Shown here in pieces: positions 26,324 to 32,000 of a stretch of DNA of 32,000 bases. A program made the position numbers and the translations under genes. The notes beneath the pieces are model-generated. The model was not told the DNA's origin, searched no databases, and was given only the letters and a program-made list of their open reading frames with translations. Origin of the DNA: Turicibacter sp. TJ11 (GTDB lineage Bacteria > Bacillota_I > Bacilli_A > MOL361 > Turicibacteraceae); assembly GCF_021497505.1 (NCBI RefSeq), contig NZ_CP069349.1:179861-211860 (forward strand), in the 5' to 3' direction. How positions within the stretch are numbered: the stretch's first letter is position 1; the number at the start of each line of letters is the position of its first letter.

Positions 26324-27292
26324 ATGAGTAAAGACCCTATTAAAATACCAGCAGTGTTTGAAACAATCGATGAAACTATTTCAGTTGTTGGTCACCATGA
26401 TAAGCATTTAAAAATTTTTGAAGATTACTATCATGTTGACATCTCACTTAGAGGTGATCAGTTATATGTATTTGGTGACGAGAAAAAAGCTGAAATTATT
26501 CGCGAAGTCTTACTAGCACTTGTTGACTTACACCGAAAAGGTAAAGAAATTACCGAGCGTGATGTACTATATGCGATAAAAATGAACGAGCAACATCGTT
26601 TAAAAGAGTTAGAGTCTTTATTTGATGAACGCTATAAAATCATTAAAACGGTGCAAGGAAAAACAATTTATGCGAAAACATTCAATCAAAAAGACTATTA
26701 TCGAAAAATTCAAGATAATGATCTTGTGTTTGGAATGGGACCTGCTGGAACAGGTAAAACGTATTTAGCTGTCGTTATCGGTGTGGCGTTACTTAAGAAA
26801 AACATCGTTCGTAAAATCATTTTGACACGTCCTGTTGTAGAAGCGGGAGAAAATTTAGGATTCTTACCTGGAGATTTAAAAGAAAAGGTTGATCCATACT
26901 TACGCCCATTATACGATGCATTATATGATGTACTCGGACTTGAGCAAACAGAAAAAATGATTGAACGTGGAATCATTGAAATTGCACCGCTAGCTTATAT
27001 GCGAGGTCGTACCCTTGAAGATGCTTATATTATTTTAGATGAAGCACAAAATACAACGAAACAACAAATGAAAATGTTTTTAACACGTTTAGGATTTAAC
27101 TCAAAAATGGTGGTAACAGGTGATGAAACGCAAATTGATTTACCAAAACCAGTTAAATCAGGATTAAAACATGCAAAGGAAATTTTACATGGTGTTAAAG
27201 GAATTGAATTTGTTCAATTTGAAACAGTTGATGTCGTTCGTCATACGCTAGTTCAAAAAATTATTGAAAGCTATGAAAAGACAGGTGAATAA
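26324..27292 (+). CDS. phoH: PhoH-like ATPase (YbeZ family)
   Basis: FGMGPAGTGKTYLAVVIGVALLKK, LTRPVVEAGENLGFLPGDLKEKVDPYLRPLYDAL, ILDEAQNTT. Confidence 0.97.
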   Translation: MSKDPIKIPAVFETIDETISVVGHHDKHLKIFEDYYHVDISLRGDQLYVFGDEKKAEIIREVLLALVDLHRKGKEITERDVLYAIKMNEQHRLKELESLFDERYKIIKTVQGKTIYAKTFNQKDYYRKIQDNDLVFGMGPAGTGKTYLAVVIGVALLKKNIVRKIILTRPVVEAGENLGFLPGDLKEKVDPYLRPLYDALYDVLGLEQTEKMIERGIIEIAPLAYMRGRTLEDAYIILDEAQNTTKQQMKMFLTRLGFNSKMVVTGDETQIDLPKPVKSGLKHAKEILHGVKGIEFVQFETVDVVRHTLVQKIIESYEKTGE

Positions 27293-27307
27293 AAAGGAGC
27301 AACACAT

Positions 27308-27781
27308 ATGGGAGTAGATATTCAATTTTATAATCAAACAAACGAATCAGTTGAATCATACGAAGCAATGATCACAAAAGTGGTTCATGAGACCATTAAA
27401 CAAGAACAATTAGCAAATGAAATGTTAGAGTGTAGTTTTATCTTTGTTGATAATGAACAAATTCGAGAAATTAATGCCACTTATCGACAAAAAGACGCAG
27501 TAACAGATGTGATAACATTTGCGATTGAAGATGAAATGCCAGGAGAAATTAAAATTCAAGGGATTCCAATGCCACGAATGCTTGGAGATGTATTTATTTC
27601 ATTACCTAGAACACGTGAACAAGCTGAACGATTTGGTCATTCTTTTGAACGTGAGTTAAGTTTCTTAGCTGTTCATGGATGTTTACACTTATTAGGCTAT
27701 GATCATTTAGAGCCTGAAGAAGAGAAAGTCATGTTTGGTAAACAGGAGGATGTCTTAAATGCGCTCGGAATTCGACGTTAA
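27308..27781 (+). CDS. ybeY: endoribonuclease YbeY (rRNA maturation)
   Basis: LAVHGCLHLLGYDH zinc motif. Confidence 0.97.
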   Translation: MGVDIQFYNQTNESVESYEAMITKVVHETIKQEQLANEMLECSFIFVDNEQIREINATYRQKDAVTDVITFAIEDEMPGEIKIQGIPMPRMLGDVFISLPRTREQAERFGHSFERELSFLAVHGCLHLLGYDHLEPEEEKVMFGKQEDVLNALGIRR

Positions 27782-28145
27782 AGAAGCACATTCCGTTAAA
27801 GCATTAATTAAATCTTTTAAACATGCCTTTTTTGGCATCTTGACATCTTTTGTAATAGGGCGTAATATAAAGGTCCACTATACAGCATTATTGGTTGCTG
27901 TTTTAGGTGGCCTTTATTTTGGTATCAGTAAATTAGAGTTTCTCGCTATTTTATTAATTAGTGCTCAAGTGATTAGCTTAGAGATGGTGAATACAGCGAT
28001 TGAACGAACGGTGGATTTAGTTACGTCTGATTATCATGTTTACGCCAAAATTGCAAAGGATGTTGCCGCTGGAGCGGTTTTGATCGCGTCAATTATCGCG
28101 GTTATTATTGGGGGAGTTATTTTTCTTCCATATATTTTTAATTAG
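27759..28145 (+). CDS. dgkA: diacylglycerol/undecaprenol kinase family protein
   Basis: SFKHAFFGI...EMVNTAIERTVDLV motif; between ybeY and cdd; overlaps ybeY by 23 nt. Confidence 0.93.
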   Translation: MRSEFDVKEAHSVKALIKSFKHAFFGILTSFVIGRNIKVHYTALLVAVLGGLYFGISKLEFLAILLISAQVISLEMVNTAIERTVDLVTSDYHVYAKIAKDVAAGAVLIASIIAVIIGGVIFLPYIFN

Positions 28146-28159
28146 TAGGTGAAGAGTTA

Positions 28160-28564
28160 ATGAAAGAAAAGTACGCAGATTTAATTACAGCAGCAAAAGA
28201 AGCTTATAAAAATGCCTATGTTCCATATTCAAAATTCCCAGTTGGGGCAGCTTTAAAGTTAAAAGATGGTAGTATCATTAATGGAGCCAATGTTGAAAAT
28301 GCTTCATACGGATTAACAAACTGTGCTGAACGTTCAGCGTTATTTACTGCTTTTTCAAAAGGTTATCGTCGTGAAGACTTTGAGGCTATCGCCGTTGTTG
28401 CAAACACGGATCGTCCAATTTCTCCATGTGGAGCATGTCGTCAAGTCATCAGTGAATTAATGCCACAAGATGCCCAAGTTATTTTATTAAGTAACAAAGA
28501 TGAAGTTAAAACATATACCGTCGCAGACTTATTACCATATTCATTCACATCGGAGGATTTATAA
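28160..28564 (+). CDS. cdd: cytidine deaminase
   Basis: [19 protein letters not shown] ... [13 protein letters not shown]. Confidence 0.97.
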   Translation: MKEKYADLITAAKEAYKNAYVPYSKFPVGAALKLKDGSIINGANVENASYGLTNCAERSALFTAFSKGYRREDFEAIAVVANTDRPISPCGACRQVISELMPQDAQVILLSNKDEVKTYTVADLLPYSFTSEDL

Positions 28565-29472
28565 TGAATCATGCAACATTCAAATCAGGATTTGTTTCAA
28601 TTATTGGACGCCCTAATGTTGGAAAATCGACATTTTTAAATAAAGTATTAGGAAAAAAAATCGCAATCATGAGTGATAAGCCTCAAACGACTCGTAATAA
28701 GATTCAAGGGGTTATTACTGATCACGATACACAAACAATTTTTATCGACACGCCAGGAATTCATAAACCAAAACATGAGTTAGGAAAATTCATGACCGAT
28801 TTAGCAATCGGAACGTTAAATGAAGTTGATGCCGTGATGTTTATGGTTAATGCAACAGAAAAATTAGGACGTGGAGATCGTTTTATTTTAGAACATTTAA
28901 AAGCAGTTAAACAACCGGTCTTTTTAGTCATTAATAAAATTGATTTAATTACGAAAGAAGATTTATTAGCTGTTATTGCTGCATTTAAAGAAGAGCATGA
29001 ATTTGCTGGAATTATTCCGATTTCTGCAAAAACAGGTGAAAATATCGAAACGTTACTTGAAGTTATTAAGGAAGAACTTCCTGAAGGGCCGCAGTTTTAT
29101 CCTTCTGACCACATTACCGATCATCCTGAACGCTTTATCATTTCAGAATTAATTCGTGAAAAAGTGTTACACTTAACTCATGAAGAAGTTCCACATTCAG
29201 TGGCTGTTGTCATTGATAAAATTGAAAAAGTAGAAGGTAAAAATGTGATCGATGTCATGGCTACCATTGTTGTAGAACGTCCATCACAAAAGGGAATTTT
29301 AATTGGTAAAGGTGGGAAGATGCTAAAAGACATCGGAACATTAGCTCGTAAAGATATCGTCAAATTATTAGGAACAAAAATTTACCTTGAGTTATGGGTA
29401 AAGGTTCAAAAAGATTGGCGTAATAAAAAATTGTACTTAAATGACTTTGGATACAGTGAAAAAGAATATTAA
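28564..29472 (+). CDS. era: GTPase Era
   Basis: [34 protein letters not shown]-terminal KH domain. Confidence 0.99.
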   Translation: MNHATFKSGFVSIIGRPNVGKSTFLNKVLGKKIAIMSDKPQTTRNKIQGVITDHDTQTIFIDTPGIHKPKHELGKFMTDLAIGTLNEVDAVMFMVNATEKLGRGDRFILEHLKAVKQPVFLVINKIDLITKEDLLAVIAAFKEEHEFAGIIPISAKTGENIETLLEVIKEELPEGPQFYPSDHITDHPERFIISELIREKVLHLTHEEVPHSVAVVIDKIEKVEGKNVIDVMATIVVERPSQKGILIGKGGKMLKDIGTLARKDIVKLLGTKIYLELWVKVQKDWRNKKLYLNDFGYSEKEY

Positions 29473-29581
29473 TTCGACTTTTTAAGACAAAAATGTAATA
29501 AGCTCTCATAGATTTTCGTTTCCGAGACATACTAGTTACAGGGGCAAAAATAAAAGCGTAGCTAGTAAGAAGGGATAATAC

Positions 29582-29743
29582 ATGAATAGTCTAGAATGGG
29601 AAGTCTTTAAACGTACAGGAAAAATTGATCACTATCTGTTAATGAAGGAGTCAGAACATAAGTTAACAGTAGACAATTCTAATACTGAGTTCTCAGAGGA
29701 GATTGCTGATGTAAAGCCTGCTAAAGTTACAGAGGAGGAGTAA
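29582..29743 (+). CDS. yqzL: YqzL family small protein (53 aa), not in ORF track
   Basis: MNSLEWEVFKRTGKIDHYLLMKESEHKLTVDNSNTEFSEEIADVKPAKVTEEE*; YqzL-like WxxFxxTGxIDxYLLxKE pattern between era and recO. Confidence 0.8.
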   Translation: MNSLEWEVFKRTGKIDHYLLMKESEHKLTVDNSNTEFSEEIADVKPAKVTEEE

Positions 29744-29747
29744 TGGC

Positions 29748-30488
29748 GTGGCAATTGAGGTTGAAGGAATTATATTGAAGAGCTTTAATTATGGTGAACA
29801 TCATAAAATTATTAAAGTTCTGACTGAGAATCAGGGGGTTATTGGTGTTTTTGTACAAAATGCCAATAAAATTAATACAAAAAAAAGTGCACTTGTTCAG
29901 CCGCTGACCTGTGCACATTTTAATTTAAAACCCTCAACTAACGCAAATAGCAATCTCTATTATGTTTATAGTGGAGATGTTATTGATTATTACTTAAATC
30001 TAAAATTAGATTATGAAAATATGACTTACTTTTATTTCATGATTGAATTAATATTAAAAGGCATGTCAGAGTCAGAGTTTAGCTCTTATATCTATCGAAT
30101 GCTAAAGAATTTTTTAGAAGCAGCTGATCAAGGATACTCAGCTTATTTACTAAGCCTTATTTTTCAATTAAAACTCATGCCTCTCATTGGAATTGCTCCA
30201 ATCATGGATTGTTGTGCTGTTTGTCAAAGCACTGAGCACATTGTAACATTAAGTGTTCGTCAAGGCGGATTGGTTTGTGCTAAATGTTATTTACCACAAG
30301 AACCGATTGTTGTTGACGCCTCGCTAATTCCCATCGTTAGAGCTCTATACAAAGTGGATATTGATCACTTGCCTGAGATTGAACTTGAAAAAGAGTTGCT
30401 TCTACCGATTGAGCAATTCTTAGATGCTTATTATGACTCGTATGCGGGCTTGCATCTGAAAACTAAAAAATTTATTAAAGAATTATAA
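29748..30488 (+). CDS. recO: DNA repair protein RecO
   Basis: VEGIILKSFNYGEHHKIIKVLTENQGVIGVFVQNANK..., zinc-binding CxxC pairs (CCAVCQ...CAKCYL); GTG start after GAGGAGG. Confidence 0.95.
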   Translation: MAIEVEGIILKSFNYGEHHKIIKVLTENQGVIGVFVQNANKINTKKSALVQPLTCAHFNLKPSTNANSNLYYVYSGDVIDYYLNLKLDYENMTYFYFMIELILKGMSESEFSSYIYRMLKNFLEAADQGYSAYLLSLIFQLKLMPLIGIAPIMDCCAVCQSTEHIVTLSVRQGGLVCAKCYLPQEPIVVDASLIPIVRALYKVDIDHLPEIELEKELLLPIEQFLDAYYDSYAGLHLKTKKFIKEL

Positions 30489-30512
30489 AAAAGAGCCGAG
30501 GGGCTCTTTTTT
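30487..30512 (+). terminator. Rho-independent terminator after recO
   Basis: AAAAAGAGCC gagg GGCTCTTTTTTT. Confidence 0.9.
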
Positions 30513-30657
30513 TATCTTAATGTGTCAAAGGACATACATATCTAGTTAGAGTTGGTGACAAGATAGGACAGAAAGTCAATTAAAATGATGATATTTTTAT
30601 AAAAATTTCATTTTTTCGTCGGTGTTTTTCATGTTTTTGTATATTGTGTTTTAAGTA

Positions 30658-30686
30658 TTGATATAATATAATAGTAGTAGTATAAT
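30658..30686 (+). promoter_or_regulatory. sigma-A promoter of glyQS T-box operon (with an overlapping alternative TTGTGT-N17-TATAAT at 30644-30672)
   Basis: TTGATA - 17 nt - TATAAT. Confidence 0.7.
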
Positions 30687-30694
30687 GCAATATT

Positions 30695-30897
30695 TATGTG
30701 AAGACGAAGAGTAGTACTTTAGAGTATTTGAATGATAGCGAGTCTGGGAAGGTGGAAGCCAGGTTTCAAGATCTTAAGGAAGGGAACTTCTGAGCATAGT
30801 TAACAAAGTGGTAAAGTGATGAACTTTACAAATAGGGTGGAACCGCGGGAATAACTCTCGTCCCTATGCTCGTGGCATAGGTATGGGAGTTTTTATT
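30695..30897 (+). promoter_or_regulatory. T-box riboswitch leader, probably tRNA-Gly responsive
   Basis: Stem I elements (GAGTAGTACTTTAGAG, AGCGAGTCTGGGAAGGTGGAAGCC), T-box core AGGGTGGAACCGCGGG, terminator CCCTATGctcgtggCATAGG...GGGAGTTTTT, directly upstream of glycyl-tRNA synthetase. Confidence 0.95.
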
Positions 30898-30945
30898 TTC
30901 TCTATGTTCACGAACTAAAAGTTTGTTAAGTAAAGGAGTGTTGAC

Positions 30946-32000
30946 ATGAGTCAAGTAACAATGGAAAAAATCGTAAACATGTGTAAAACACAAGGTTTTG
31001 TTTACCAAGGAAGCGAAATTTACGGTGGGTTAGCTAATACTTGGGATTATGGACCATTAGGTGTTGAGTTAAAAAATAACGTTAAAAAAGCTTGGTGGAA
31101 AAAATTCATTCAAGAATCACCATATAACGTAGGATTAGACAGTGCTATCTTAATGAATCCTCAAACTTGGGTTGCATCAGGGCACGTTGGTGGATTTAGT
31201 GATCCTTTAATGGACTGTAAAGAATGTAAAAGCCGCCATCGAGCAGATAAGTTAATTGAAGATCATGGAGATGACATTGTTGCTGATGGATGGACAGAAG
31301 AGCAAATGATGGCTTATATTCGTGAGCATAACATTGCTTGTCCAGAGTGTGGGGCGCATGACTTTACAGATATCCGTCAATTTGAATTAATGTTTAAAAC
31401 ACATATGGGTGTTGTTTCAGATGATAAATCAGCTGTTTATTTACGCCCAGAAACAGCACAAGGAATTTTTGTTAACTTTAAAAATGTTCAACGTACAAGT
31501 CGTAAAAAAGTTCCATTTGGTATTGGACAAATCGGAAAATCATTCCGTAACGAAATCACACCAGGAAACTTTACATTCCGTACACGTGAATTCGAACAAA
31601 TGGAGTTAGAATTCTTCTGTAAACCAGGTGAGGATGGACAATGGTATGAATTCTGGAAACAATATTGCTGGAATTGGTTAGTAAACTTAGGAATGAACCC
31701 AGACCATATTCGCCAACGTGAGCATTCACCAGAAGAATTAAGCCATTATAGTAATGGAACATCAGATATCGAATATAAATTCCCATTTGGTTGGGGAGAG
31801 TTATGGGGAGTTGCTAACCGTACAGACTTTGACTTAAAAGCACATATGGCTGAATCGGGAGCAAACTTTGAATATCAAGATCCAACAACAAATGAAAAAT
31901 ATGTTCCATATTGTATTGAACCATCAGTTGGAGCTGATCGTGTAACATTAGCATTCTTAGTTGATGCTTATGAAGAAGAAACATTAGAAAATGGAGAAAC
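30946..32000 (+). CDS. glyQS: glycyl-tRNA synthetase (single-chain class II type), partial, runs off window end
   Basis: [51 protein letters not shown]...[25 protein letters not shown]; RBS taaaggag; no stop before 32000. Confidence 0.97.
   Translation, partial: MSQVTMEKIVNMCKTQGFVYQGSEIYGGLANTWDYGPLGVELKNNVKKAWWKKFIQESPYNVGLDSAILMNPQTWVASGHVGGFSDPLMDCKECKSRHRADKLIEDHGDDIVADGWTEEQMMAYIREHNIACPECGAHDFTDIRQFELMFKTHMGVVSDDKSAVYLRPETAQGIFVNFKNVQRTSRKKVPFGIGQIGKSFRNEITPGNFTFRTREFEQMELEFFCKPGEDGQWYEFWKQYCWNWLVNLGMNPDHIRQREHSPEELSHYSNGTSDIEYKFPFGWGELWGVANRTDFDLKAHMAESGANFEYQDPTTNEKYVPYCIEPSVGADRVTLAFLVDAYEEETLENGE

Noticed and set aside
26710-29363. Minus-strand ORFs in phoH (26710-26976) and era (29178-29363)
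   Set aside because: Antisense to invariant motifs; spurious.
29727-31786. ORFs 29727-29918(-), 30826-31008(-), 31409-31609(+), 31571-31786(-)
   Set aside because: Overlap recO, the T-box/glyQS start and glyQS coding sequence in the wrong frame; the real glyQS frame is open from 30946 to the window end.
1-32000. Searched for CRISPR arrays, transposases, integrases, toxin-antitoxin pairs, phage genes and defence systems
   Set aside because: None seen. All larger ORFs match housekeeping, repair or sporulation families, so claims of novelty are limited to small ORFs, frameshift and regulatory DNA.

Overview
This window is low-GC Firmicutes core chromosome from a spore former. CotE, SpoVS, YqfC/YqfD and a Spo0E-like protein are all present, and the overall look is Turicibacter-like (taxonomy is inference). 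I see no CRISPR array, transposon, prophage, rRNA or tRNA. Gene order: rodZ-like 3' end - pgsA - recA - rny - ymdB - spoVS - miaB - ricA(ymcA) - cotE - mutS - mutL(frameshifted) - miaA | nitroreductase(-) - lexA(-) | unannotated SOS-controlled 57-aa membrane ORF - ynzC(DUF896) | ferredoxin(-) | tkt - yneF | spo0E-like(-) - plsY(-) | parE - parC - yqfC - yqfD - phoH - ybeY - dgkA - cdd - era - yqzL - recO - T-box - glyQS (runs off the end). Best leads: (1) a divergent lexA regulatory region with three LexA-type operators. One lies inside a perfect TTGACA-N17-TATAAT promoter that drives a 57-aa single-TM ORF in the yneA position and missing from the ORF track. (2) mutL is split by a -1 frameshift exactly at an A7 tract that is also a canonical A_AAA_AAA slippery heptamer, with an intact endonuclease domain downstream. 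(3) A Spo0A-box-like sequence lies inside the tkt promoter spacer, and another lies upstream of parE. (4) The pgsA terminator hairpin doubles as a near-consensus LexA box just upstream of the probable recA promoter. (5) A perfect 8-bp hairpin abuts the Shine-Dalgarno of ynzC. All motif calls were made by eye.
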